DNA of 64,000 nt from an uncultured cyanobacterium (GCA_963803805.1 CAWDOD010000006.1:1-64000), one strand, 5' to 3'. Positions 22,401-31,284 are shown, counted from the first letter of the stretch. Numbers and translations are program-made. The notes: generated by a model not told the origin, from the letters alone.

Positions 22401-24937
22401 TTGACATCGTAACCTTCCTGAACAAGGTATCCTATTTCATCGTTAACGAAGGTTTGCGTGAGGGCAGGGAAATCATTTAATATATAAGCCAACTTTAGCT
22501 CATTTTCACTAGCACGTATAATATTCCATTGATTTTTAGTCCAAATCCTGTCACGATTTGCTTCTAAATTTTCAGTTAAAGTAATATTATTTAAGTCTTT
22601 GCTAATTTGATAGTCAGCTAATACAGCGTTAGTGAAAATTGGTGGATACAGCCAAGTATAACGGAGAATCAAATCCCAATCTACGAGTCGGGTGAGCTTG
22701 TTATCAAAGCCTCCTAGCTCGTTATAGAGTCTACGATGGTGAGAAAAAACGTTTAAATCAATGAAGTTACTCTTGACTAAATTACCCCAATCGAATGTTT
22801 GGTTTCGGATAAATGTACATTTGTTTATATTGTCTTCAACTTTAAGAGAGGCATAATGGGTATATTTCTCAGGGTTTTCGATAAAGGCAGCAGCAGTAGC
22901 TAGAAGATAATCTTGATGCCAAATGTTGTCACTATCAAGGTATGCAATCCAATCTCCTGATGCAACTGACAAGCCGTAATTCCTCGCTTCACTCACCCCT
23001 TTATGCTCTTGCCAAAAATATATAATTTGGTTGATTTTAAAATTTTCTGAATATATATTCTTTAAGTACTCTTCTGTACCATCTTCGCTTCCATCATCAA
23101 TAATAATTATCTTAAAGCTTTTAAATGACTGGTTTAGTACTGAATCGATCGATTTTCTTATGGTTTTACATCTATTCCACGTAGGAATGATTACAGAAAA
23201 ACAACGCTTCTCATTTTTGACAAGAGAACGAGCTTTAGACATATCAATATCTGTTAATATTGAAGCTTCTTGAGATTCTTTTAAACGGTGCTGTTTACAA
23301 TAAAAGCGTTTAATATTGTTAGATTTTGTAGAGGGAGATATCTCATTACTTCCAGAATTTATTCTTCTTCCTTCGTGAATACCATAATTAAGATAATGAT
23401 ATAAAGGATTTAATCCTGAATATAAAACATCAGGATTAGAGTTTAAATAATATTTTGTATCGAACTCAGCACAAGGATTTCTACCTTCTTTAAAACCGTA
23501 TTTTTCGTAATGAATAAGTGGATTGATTTGTGCCAAAAAAACATCGGGATTGTTCTTTAAATAGTATTCACTATCGAACAAAAAGTTTGGTTTTCTACCT
23601 TCTAAGTAACCATGCTGAAGATAATGTATGATAGGGTTTTCTTCTGCTTGAGCTACATCTAAGTAAGTGTTAAGATAGTATTCACTGGAGAATAAGCCAC
23701 ACCTTGCAATGAAAAATATTTTCTTGATTTTAAGAGGGTGCTTGACATAAGAAAATAATTCTTTTTTTTGCATAAGAACAATTTTTTTAAATCCTTTGAT
23801 GTGAGACTTTACTTCCCATAAATCTCGGTTTTTACTGCTTTTCATACTGTTAAGAGGATATCTATATAATTGTAATTGTTTTTTTGTATCCTGTAATTGT
23901 TTTTCTGTATCCTGTAATTGTTTTTCTGTATCCTGTAATTGTTTTTCTGTATCCTGTAATTGTTTTTCTGTATCCTGTAATTGTTTTTCTGTATCCTGTA
24001 ATTGTTTTTCTGTATCCTGTAATTGTTTTTCTGTATCCTGTAATTGTTTTTCTGTATCCTGTAATTGTTTTTCTGTGTCCTGTAATTGTTTTTCTGTGTC
24101 CTGTAATTGTTTTTCTGTATCCTGTAATTGTTTTTCTGTGTCCTTTAAGTCAGAACGTACTATTTTATTTTCTTTCTTTAAGCAACTATTTTCCTCCTTT
24201 AAACGATTATTTGTTAACTCCAAACTTTCGGGAAAAGCCTTAACTATAAACTGAAGAACTTCAGAATCACTAGATTGCTCAATAAGTTCTAACAAGTTTT
24301 GTTCAAAATCTTCTCTGTTTATTTTCGGAACTAAGTTCCCTCCAAAGATGGAACATTTTGTAATATCTACTATCTGTGGGAAATACCCAGCTTCTTCAAA
24401 CAACTTGATTACACTAGCACGTGTAAAAAAACGCAAATGGGTATTGTCTAATATTCCGAACTTTTGATAATCAAAGTTACCTTTTAGTAAAGCAAGTCTA
24501 ACAGCTCCATGAGCTACATTAGGAATTGAAGCTATGATAAAGCCTTGCTTTTTTAAAAGACCCTTGATTTCGCGTAAGGTTTTAGCTGGGTCTTTCAAAT
24601 GCTCTAATACATCTGCACAAACTACTACGTCGAAACTGTCACTTCCTAAAACATCACCAATATCTGATGTATCTAAATCAATAGTGTACACTTCATCACA
24701 GTATTGTTTAGCTACTTGAGTCATTTCGGCACTCACATCAATACCAGTAACATGGCAACCGAAATCCTTAAGGTATTGAGCTAAGGAGCCATCGGCACAG
24801 CCGATATCCAGAACCATTTTTGCTTCCTTAACTAAATTAATAATTTTAGAGAGGCTACCTTGCGGATTTAACACAGGTTTATCATCTATGCTTTTTCGCT
24901 TTCTTGAATAGTCTTTCGTATAATCGCCATTAGTCAT
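19442..24937 (-). CDS. Giant multidomain glycan synthase: MTase, heptad coiled coil, YL..PDV repeats, GT2, GT4, GT2-like, degenerate MTase-like, MTase
   Basis: VLDIGCADG/DVLEH/THLRFFT; (DTEKQLQ)n; FSVIIPTWNR/DDGS/YLDSD; FPALTQTFV/RFIEKKG/DGMPTV; MVTY/IIDNAS; CNHVLEHVEDD/HYRIYG. Confidence 0.85.
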   Translation of the reverse strand: MTNGDYTKDYSRKRKSIDDKPVLNPQGSLSKIINLVKEAKMVLDIGCADGSLAQYLKDFGCHVTGIDVSAEMTQVAKQYCDEVYTIDLDTSDIGDVLGSDSFDVVVCADVLEHLKDPAKTLREIKGLLKKQGFIIASIPNVAHGAVRLALLKGNFDYQKFGILDNTHLRFFTRASVIKLFEEAGYFPQIVDITKCSIFGGNLVPKINREDFEQNLLELIEQSSDSEVLQFIVKAFPESLELTNNRLKEENSCLKKENKIVRSDLKDTEKQLQDTEKQLQDTEKQLQDTEKQLQDTEKQLQDTEKQLQDTEKQLQDTEKQLQDTEKQLQDTEKQLQDTEKQLQDTEKQLQDTKKQLQLYRYPLNSMKSSKNRDLWEVKSHIKGFKKIVLMQKKELFSYVKHPLKIKKIFFIARCGLFSSEYYLNTYLDVAQAEENPIIHYLQHGYLEGRKPNFLFDSEYYLKNNPDVFLAQINPLIHYEKYGFKEGRNPCAEFDTKYYLNSNPDVLYSGLNPLYHYLNYGIHEGRRINSGSNEISPSTKSNNIKRFYCKQHRLKESQEASILTDIDMSKARSLVKNEKRCFSVIIPTWNRCKTIRKSIDSVLNQSFKSFKIIIIDDGSEDGTEEYLKNIYSENFKINQIIYFWQEHKGVSEARNYGLSVASGDWIAYLDSDNIWHQDYLLATAAAFIENPEKYTHYASLKVEDNINKCTFIRNQTFDWGNLVKSNFIDLNVFSHHRRLYNELGGFDNKLTRLVDWDLILRYTWLYPPIFTNAVLADYQISKDLNNITLTENLEANRDRIWTKNQWNIIRASENELKLAYILNDFPALTQTFVNDEIGYLVQEGYDVKVYYTIQPDKKADIKFEVDTYFVHNQEDLEILLVKHGRNWCHSHFVYPVVTNLVYLVAEKLQIPFSFMPHAVDIFHKLNCQRNKITEVSRSKFCKKIFVYGNYHRDFLIDRDVPASKILMMPQAVDCNLVDISDENKLLSQKNKRSSVCYRSVTIARFIEKKGIKYLLEAAAQFAPDQVEFHIYGFGPLENEFRDFVRDNHLNQVFIHGAIEGKDVIASILSEADIFILPCIEAEDGNVDGMPTVFFQAMSMGVPVLGTKVSAIPDFIDHRISGFLVPQKDSLALAQELKRVMGMSRGQINRVIENAKQVVDSRVGLSKTVNTLLDVIARPPIDIFMVTYCRDGIGSFETTKQVIQSIVDNTTTPFILTIIDNASEAYFVDNLRSLTQSQDCIRLIELDRNIYCGPASNIALDMAEGEYSFYVCSNEGLIVKPGWERICIDYMRNHKNVALAGNLVSSPKWPTALQYMQQSWFVHFRNQDFARQNPDKLFRHVQGGLWVLRSSIFKEVGGFNPALPQGHMDVEYSYFLESKGWELGDIPEIISVSNKTRPGIEAFVNESTVAIHPVYEKDLPLVKWCAEEKGYRCNISGWTGDFNQVSSRESFTCPLSGSTGFSRSVYRYLAESPYIYIHLKLVAWVKERSLETPCRSMFAVEQYLLQVDTSIDELFQSLKEPVDILIMSDVPQTIVSASHVDKRIRNSIKPGGCFIFSLEEKLENELLPQQLGTLCQSVGFEQTHLNYNSNVLGYGLLSVYVWKYNPQFRQNQNYLRHSACNICGSQKFGYGPGGRTSRTGLLPRCEICQSLERHRAFRNIFEQLHRADVLKDLKTLQFSRDSAARPEWFASHEVSVYGEENSLDLANVNRSDKRYDLVICNHVLEHVEDDCAALKELARIINDDGFIFLTFPDPMNQEITKDWGYPDHSQHGHYRIYGKDVIKKFQVAISSLSVLTYFATDPATKEQDMVFLICKASWRLKQLSQALPSCQKLI
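23871..24143. repeat. In-frame 21-bp tandem repeat, 13 copies (DTEKQLQ heptad on the minus strand)
   Basis: Unit TGTAATTGTTTTTCTGT(A/G)TCC, 273 bp; the synonymous A/G variant is in units 10, 11 and 13, and unit 1 encodes DTKKQLQ. Confidence 0.97.
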
Positions 24938-26253
24938 AAAACAATTGAATTTACTTTCTTACAGTAGCTATTTATACTAACTTCCATTGGGACATAGACC
25001 ATAGCGTGAATTCGTTTCCCAGAAGTTGGAGGTAGAACTAAAAACGTTAGGGCATTATCTACCCAGTCAAAAGTTGTATTGGTGTAGTCCTCTGACACTG
25101 CCACCGTCAAGCTATAGGAACCAGGTTTGAGAGGTATACGGAACTGAAAACATACTTCTATTTCTTCACTTTGCGAGAGTGAACCAATTTCAGTTCCTTC
25201 TTGTAGGGTATTACTACCAATGACTTCATTGCCATTGCGGTCACAAATGAAAAAGCCTACAATAGCGGACTCTAATCTCTCAAGACATCTTAAAGAGACA
25301 GACAAACTTACTATTTCATTAAAATCGCAAGAGCTATTGTCAGTTAGGATTTGTCCTGAATCTGTTTTAAGCAAAATTCTCTCAATCTTTGCTTTGCCAC
25401 TACCCCTGCGAAAAGATTTAGGCACTGCTTCAATAACTTCAACTTCCTGATTTGATTTTTCACTAACTGCCTGCTCAATAATCTGCGTTTTCTTTCCATT
25501 GTCATACTCACTCTTAACCTGCTCATCAGTAATCAACTTCATATACTTTGCTAGGACAGCATCTGGCTTACCGAAAGCCCTAGTTATTCCCAGATGCAGC
25601 ATAACGGCCCAGGTACATAATGTTTTAACGCTTCCAGGGCTATGAGAAACAAATAGTGTTGTTGTTCCTTGCTCCATCATGTTTCGCATCCGTTTCATAC
25701 ACTTATGCTGAAATGCTGCATCTCCTACGGCTAACACCTCATCTACGATCAAAACATCTGGGTCAACACTACTTGCTACTGCAAACCCCAACCGCGCACG
25801 CATTCCGCTTGAATATGTCTTAACTGGCTGTTCAATAAATTCTCCAATATCTGCAAACGCTGCAATCTCATCAAAACGATTCTCAATTTCTTCCTGACTC
25901 AATCCCAAAATACGCCCATTAAAAAAGACATTTTGCCGCCCCGTAAACTCAGGATTAAACCCACTCCCCAACTCCAACAAGGCCGACACCCGACCATTCA
26001 CCTGTACCGCACCACTTGTCGGTTGCAAAGTTCCGGCAATAATCTGCAACAACGTACTCTTACCCGACCCATTACGGCCAATAATTCCAAATGTCTCCCC
26101 CTTGGGAATCTCCAAATTAATATCCCGCAAAGCCCAAAATTCCTCTGCCCTAATCTTTCCTGGTAATAGTAATTCCTTAAGCTTATCTATAGGACGAGCA
26201 TAGCGTTTATAACACTTTGAAACATTTTTCAGGGAAATAGCAACTTCACCCAT
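24934..26253 (-). CDS. wzt: Polysaccharide ABC transporter ATPase with C-terminal carbohydrate-binding module
   Basis: GRNGSGKST, YSSGMRARL, VDEVLAVGD, C-terminal Wzt_C-like beta domain; stop overlaps the start of the giant gene. Confidence 0.9.
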   Translation of the reverse strand: MGEVAISLKNVSKCYKRYARPIDKLKELLLPGKIRAEEFWALRDINLEIPKGETFGIIGRNGSGKSTLLQIIAGTLQPTSGAVQVNGRVSALLELGSGFNPEFTGRQNVFFNGRILGLSQEEIENRFDEIAAFADIGEFIEQPVKTYSSGMRARLGFAVASSVDPDVLIVDEVLAVGDAAFQHKCMKRMRNMMEQGTTTLFVSHSPGSVKTLCTWAVMLHLGITRAFGKPDAVLAKYMKLITDEQVKSEYDNGKKTQIIEQAVSEKSNQEVEVIEAVPKSFRRGSGKAKIERILLKTDSGQILTDNSSCDFNEIVSLSVSLRCLERLESAIVGFFICDRNGNEVIGSNTLQEGTEIGSLSQSEEIEVCFQFRIPLKPGSYSLTVAVSEDYTNTTFDWVDNALTFLVLPPTSGKRIHAMVYVPMEVSINSYCKKVNSIVL

Positions 26254-26352
26254 TACTTCCACCAAAAATTGAATAGCTAGTTAGTAAGACTTGGTAACAC
26301 TTCATACTCTTTATAATATATTCACTTTCATCGCAGTCACATAGGTGATAAC

Positions 26353-26955
26353 TTATAGAAGCCTTAATGCTTGAGAAAGTAGATGACGGCAAGCACTTCT
26401 CTTTAATTGTTGACTAAGTTTTAACTTACTTTTTTGTGCTACTAAAATAGAATCATGCCACATATCACTGCTATCTTTGTAACCTTGGTCTTTCCAATAA
26501 GTGTTGACTTCAACGACATCTAAAGCACCAAAACGTGCAATTGCAGCAAGCCCATCTGGATAGAATCGCCAGCAGTCAACAGGATAGCGATGTTCAGGTC
26601 CACTAGAGGGTGCAATAATGCAACATAAACCATTTGGTTTTAATACTCTGCTTACTTCTAAAATAGTCAACCAGAAAAATTCAATATGCTCAAAAGCTTG
26701 ACCAGATATTAAGATGTCAATCTGAGCATTCTTCAACTCTCGCCAGCAGTAAGGATCTGTTAATACGATATCCACATTTTTACCCGGAGTTGCATCTGCC
26801 CCTACATAAGTCCAACTGGGTTCATTGAAGATGGGTTTATAAGTTCCATTAACATCCTGACTACCCAAATCTAGTATCGTCAACTTCTCTGATTCTTTGC
26901 CTTTCAAGTATTTATTCCTGAAATGCTTCATTTTATCTAAAGAACTTAAATGCAT
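26353..26955 (-). CDS. Class I SAM-dependent methyltransferase
   Basis: ILDLGSQDVNG, ISGQAFEHIEFFW, EHRYPVDCWRF. Confidence 0.8.
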   Translation of the reverse strand: MHLSSLDKMKHFRNKYLKGKESEKLTILDLGSQDVNGTYKPIFNEPSWTYVGADATPGKNVDIVLTDPYCWRELKNAQIDILISGQAFEHIEFFWLTILEVSRVLKPNGLCCIIAPSSGPEHRYPVDCWRFYPDGLAAIARFGALDVVEVNTYWKDQGYKDSSDMWHDSILVAQKSKLKLSQQLKRSACRHLLSQALRLL

Positions 26956-27065
26956 AATCTATCTATTGTGTATTGACCTAGCGTTGGTTGTTTTTTATTA
27001 GCCAATAATTTAGAGCAAGTTCACCTATCACATCACCAAAAGTTAAACAACTAATTAGTCAAGCC

Positions 27066-28259
27066 TTATAATACATCAGCAAACCCTGGACGCAAGCGCC
27101 GATATACCCCCAACCCTCCAGCAAAAACAACTAGCGCAACAATAAAAGCAAAACTCCACTCCTCCCAGTGGGTAACTTCTCCTGTCAAAACCAAATCTCT
27201 ATAAACTTGTGTGATTGCAGCCAAAGGATTTAGCCAAAAAACCCAACCCCGAAACTGTTCAGGGATAACACTAGCCGGATAAACAATAGGAGTCAAGTAA
27301 AAGCCCAAATTTAATAACACCCCCAAGGTTTGAGGAATATCTCGCAAAAACACTGTCAATCCAGCACAAAGATACCCTAACCCCGCCGTTAGAAGCAACT
27401 GAGGCAACCAAATTAAGGGGAGGAGGGCTAAAGTTTCATGGAGCTTTCCCGTGGAAAAAGCTACTAAAATAATCAAAGCAGCTAAACCCAAAGAACTCTC
27501 TATAAAAGTAGATAGGACTGGTACAAGGGGTAAGAGAGTGAGGGGGAAAACCACTTTCTTAACTAAATTAGGCTGTCTTACTACTGAACCAGCAGCTTGA
27601 GTTAAACCACCAGTAAAAGCAATCCAAGGCAATAGTCCAGCAAATAGCCACAAGCCAAAACCAATGTTGTTATCTGCGGGCAACCCTCTAGAACTGAGCT
27701 TAACCTTGAGTACAATAGAAAAGACATAGGTATAGATAAGTAACTGAGAAAGTTGATTCAATAGGGGCCAAAGATTACCTAACACTGAACCCTTATAACG
27801 AGCTTCTAAATCTCGCCTCACTAAAGTCCGCAGTAAATCGAACTTAGCTTGCCAACTCGGTTTAATCGGTAATCGTTTGCCAATCCTCAATACTCTAGCC
27901 AAACCTGCTTTTAAAAACCTCTTACTTTTCCCTAACAGGTAAAAAGGAAAGCGATCGCGGGGTAATTGTTCCCGAAAAAAGGAATAACCAATAAAAAGCA
28001 ACCCAAGCCCCCCAGCTAGCCCCCTCAAAAAACGTAGTGCTTCAGCCTCAACATGACCAAAATAGCCCACCATACCCAACATCAAGGCTAAGGCAATTAA
28101 GGTACTACCCAAAGCCCAGCTTGAACTACCTTTATGTTTAGAGATAAGGGGGATTTTTCCTAGTTTGGGATGCCCTCGATAAACGAGGAAGGAAAAGTAG
28201 AGAAAAACAATACCGAGTATTAAACCTATTAAAGGTCTTGACATAAAAATAAGGGCCAA
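27066..28259 (-). CDS. wzm: Polysaccharide ABC transporter permease with extra N-terminal membrane domain
   Basis: LVRRDLEARYKGSVLG, PNLVKKVVFP, FYLTPIVYP, LNPL; about 115 extra hydrophobic residues upstream; start uncertain. Confidence 0.85.
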   Translation of the reverse strand: MALIFMSRPLIGLILGIVFLYFSFLVYRGHPKLGKIPLISKHKGSSSWALGSTLIALALMLGMVGYFGHVEAEALRFLRGLAGGLGLLFIGYSFFREQLPRDRFPFYLLGKSKRFLKAGLARVLRIGKRLPIKPSWQAKFDLLRTLVRRDLEARYKGSVLGNLWPLLNQLSQLLIYTYVFSIVLKVKLSSRGLPADNNIGFGLWLFAGLLPWIAFTGGLTQAAGSVVRQPNLVKKVVFPLTLLPLVPVLSTFIESSLGLAALIILVAFSTGKLHETLALLPLIWLPQLLLTAGLGYLCAGLTVFLRDIPQTLGVLLNLGFYLTPIVYPASVIPEQFRGWVFWLNPLAAITQVYRDLVLTGEVTHWEEWSFAFIVALVVFAGGLGVYRRLRPGFADVL

Positions 28260-28387
28260 TTAGACACCATAAAATATAGCAGCTTTATGGGATTTGCCCA
28301 TAGCCTACTATAGTATTTCTCGAACCTATCTCTGCCCTTACTCCAAATTGGATGATCAAATAGCTAGTTGACTTGATACTACGACAG

Positions 28388-28960
28388 TTAAGTTGACGAG
28401 AAATTAACATCTTCATATGGATAAGCCATCAAACAAGAAAAATCGATACTATCTAGGTAAAGTTTTTGGTTTTCTCCATAGGTATGCAACACCCAAAGTC
28501 CTTCAGAATTGCGACGAAAGCATTCTACCGAAGGGCGAGTTTGGTTAACAAGAACATATTCTTGTAAAGATTCCAATTCTCGATAGTTGGAAAATTTATC
28601 CCCTCTATCAAATGCTTCTGTGGAGGGAGAAAGTATCTCAATAATTAGGCAAGGATGGCGTTTAAAATAGTCCAAGTTTGTATCGTCTCGGTTGCAAGTT
28701 ACCATTAAATCTGGATAGTAAAAAATATTGAGAGATTCAATGCGGACTTTCATATCTGTGGGATAAACTTTACAGCCACTACCACGCAAATGGTTTCTTA
28801 ACAGGGTAACTAAATTGGCAGTAATAGTTACGTGGGCATCACTTGCCCCACTCATCCCATAAATCTGCCCCTGGATATATTCATGTTTTACGGGGCTAGA
28901 TTTTTCTGCTTCTAAATATTCTTCTGGGGAAAGTAAACTAAGAAATTCGTTAGCTATCAT
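28388..28960 (-). CDS. Uma2 family endonuclease-like protein
   Basis: EEYLEAE, HEYIQG, YYPDLMV, EILSPSTEAFDRGDKF, LQEYVLV. Confidence 0.88.
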   Translation of the reverse strand: MIANEFLSLLSPEEYLEAEKSSPVKHEYIQGQIYGMSGASDAHVTITANLVTLLRNHLRGSGCKVYPTDMKVRIESLNIFYYPDLMVTCNRDDTNLDYFKRHPCLIIEILSPSTEAFDRGDKFSNYRELESLQEYVLVNQTRPSVECFRRNSEGLWVLHTYGENQKLYLDSIDFSCLMAYPYEDVNFSST

Positions 28961-29147
28961 CTATTTTTCACAAAGACCTTTTCTTAATAAAACATTGATA
29001 ACTAAAGATATATCAAGAAACCTGGTATTAGCTACACTAGTTTAGAAAGCTATTATATAAAGTACTGTTTGCTATCAAAAATCCCTTTAGGGTTATCTCA
29101 GTAACCAAAATAGGTATCAGCCTAAGTCCTAGAAAAATTTACTTGAC

Positions 29148-29720
29148 ATGGTTAACTTAACAATTCCTGAAACCTTTAAACTAACTCATGAACAATTTGC
29201 CCAATTAGCCAGGGTCAATCGAGATTGGCAGTTAGAATTAACAGCCACAGGAGAATTAGTAGTTATGCCACCTACCGGAAGTATTACTGGTAATCGTAAT
29301 TCAGATATTAGCGGTCAACTTTGGTTATGGAATCGTCAAACCAAGTTAGGGCAAGTATTCGACTCTTCAAGTGGATTCACTTTACCTAACGGGGCAATTC
29401 GCGCCCCTGATGCTGCTTGGGTGAGCCAGTCAAGATGGGATAATCTTACAATAGAACAGCAAGAAGGCTTTGCTCCCCTCTGTCCAGATTTTGTGATTGA
29501 ATTACGTTCGTCTTCAGATAGTCTGAACAAGTTACAAGAAAAAATGCAGGAGTATCTTGACAATGCTACTCGTTTAGGTTTTTTGTTAGACAGGAAAAAC
29601 CGGAGAGTGGAAATTTATCGTTCTGGTGTTGAGAAGGAAGTATTAGAATATCCTCAAAGTGTTTCCGGAGAAGAGGTTTTACCCGGTTTTGTTTTAGATT
29701 TAATAGAGGTTTGGCAATGA
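29148..29720 (+). CDS. Uma2 family endonuclease-like protein
   Basis: ELTATGELVVMPPTG, RAPDAAW, PDFVIELRS, KMQEY. Confidence 0.88.
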   Translation: MVNLTIPETFKLTHEQFAQLARVNRDWQLELTATGELVVMPPTGSITGNRNSDISGQLWLWNRQTKLGQVFDSSSGFTLPNGAIRAPDAAWVSQSRWDNLTIEQQEGFAPLCPDFVIELRSSSDSLNKLQEKMQEYLDNATRLGFLLDRKNRRVEIYRSGVEKEVLEYPQSVSGEEVLPGFVLDLIEVWQ

Positions 29721-29827
29721 ATTCTAAATCTTAATCCTGCTTTTGAAAATGGCGATCGCACTAAGCATCTCTGTATAGAAACTTGCCTCAGTCGTACAAA
29801 ATTTAAACGGCTTTATCGCTTTATACC

Positions 29828-31228
29828 TCACCTCAACTTGCTCATTGCTTCTAAGTCCAAAACTTCTGCCAACTCCTCTTCTGCCATCAAACCCCTTTCT
29901 AAAACTATTTGCCTTAAAGATTTACCTGTTGCCAATGACTCTTTCGCTACAGAAGCGGCGTTAAGATAGCCGATGTGGGGGTTAAGGGCAGTTACCAACG
30001 CTAAACTACTTTCGGCATAATTGGTACAGCGATCGCGCCTCCCCGTGATTCCCTGCAAGCAGCTTTGGGTCAAAGCAGCGATGGTATTACCAAGGATTTC
30101 GATGCTGTGGATTAAGTCGTAGGCAATCAAAGGCATCATCACATTTAATTCCAATTGTCCTGCCTGTGCTGCAAAAGCAATAGCAGTGTCATAGCCCATT
30201 ACTTGGAAACAAACCATAGAAGTCATCTCTGCCATGACAGGATTATATTTACCTGGCATAATTGAAGAACCTGGTTGCACTGGGGGAAGTTGAATTTCTT
30301 TGAACCCTGTGTTGGGTCCAGAATCCATGAGCCGTAAGTCGTGGGAGATTTTAATCAAATCTTGGGCTAAGTTACGCAAACTACTAGAAACATTGACAAA
30401 AGGGGCCATACTTTGCATTGCAGCCATTAAATGAGGTGCGCTTTGCAATGGTTGTGCTGTTAATTCACTAAGGATTTCTGCTACCCGGAAGCGATATTGG
30501 GGGTGGGTATTCATGCCTGTACCCGCAGCACTTCCCCCTAAGCCTAAAATGAATAAATCCTCAGCCGCAAGCTTGATACGTTTTTGATGATCTTTGAGGA
30601 TATGGAACCAAGCCCGAAATCCTTCCCCTAAACGCACAGGTACAGCATCTTGGAGGTGGGTTCTCCCTGATTTGACAATTTCTTGGAACTCCTCAGCTTT
30701 GGCTTCTAAGGTAGCGATCGCACTTTCTAAGGCAGGATAGAGGGAATGTTCTAAAGCTAGTAGGGAACCGATGCGAATTGCTGTAGGAATAACATCATTG
30801 GTAGACTGACCATAATTAACCTGATCATTGGGGCTAACTCGTCCATAATTCCCCTTTTCCTCCCCCAATATTTCCAAAGCACGATTAGCCAGTACTTCGT
30901 TAATATTCATGTGGTGAGAAGTACCTGCACCAGCTTGATAAACATCAACAATAAACTGTTCCCGAAACTGACCTTTTAATACTTCATCCGCAGCTTGAAC
31001 GATGGCTTGACTAATATCAGCAGGTATGCAATTTAATTCACCATTAGCGATCGCCGTAGCTTTTTTAATTAGTACGCAAGCATCAATATAGGTAGGCAAG
31101 GGTTTAATACCGCTAATAGGAAAATTTTCCTTAGCCCGTAAAGTTTGGATTCCATAGTAAGCATCTTGGGGAATTTGCCGCTCTCCCATAGAATCTTTTT
31201 CAAGGCGATAATTTTCTGATGCACTCAT
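29828..31228 (-). CDS. aspA: Aspartate ammonia-lyase (fumarase/aspartase class II family)
   Basis: YYGIQTLRA.ENF, QAGAGTS, GQSTND, GRTHLQDA, GSSIMPGK.NP; aspartase versus FumC assignment is not certain. Confidence 0.75.
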   Translation of the reverse strand: MSASENYRLEKDSMGERQIPQDAYYGIQTLRAKENFPISGIKPLPTYIDACVLIKKATAIANGELNCIPADISQAIVQAADEVLKGQFREQFIVDVYQAGAGTSHHMNINEVLANRALEILGEEKGNYGRVSPNDQVNYGQSTNDVIPTAIRIGSLLALEHSLYPALESAIATLEAKAEEFQEIVKSGRTHLQDAVPVRLGEGFRAWFHILKDHQKRIKLAAEDLFILGLGGSAAGTGMNTHPQYRFRVAEILSELTAQPLQSAPHLMAAMQSMAPFVNVSSSLRNLAQDLIKISHDLRLMDSGPNTGFKEIQLPPVQPGSSIMPGKYNPVMAEMTSMVCFQVMGYDTAIAFAAQAGQLELNVMMPLIAYDLIHSIEILGNTIAALTQSCLQGITGRRDRCTNYAESSLALVTALNPHIGYLNAASVAKESLATGKSLRQIVLERGLMAEEELAEVLDLEAMSKLR

Positions 31229-31284
31229 AATTGTTTTCAATAGTATGGTTAAGAATCCCCCAAGTTTGGAGGATTGTCATTAAA

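Noticed and set aside
23871-24143. Possible CRISPR array
   Set aside because: Units are directly adjacent with no unique spacers, lie in frame inside a CDS, and no cas genes are present
23884-24243. 119-aa plus-strand ORF (YPVIVFL)n
   Set aside because: Antisense shadow of the stop-free 21-bp repeat
11108-29720. Three Uma2 genes as a defence system
   Set aside because: Uma2 genes are highly expanded and scattered in cyanobacteria; these are divergent from each other and have no partner genes
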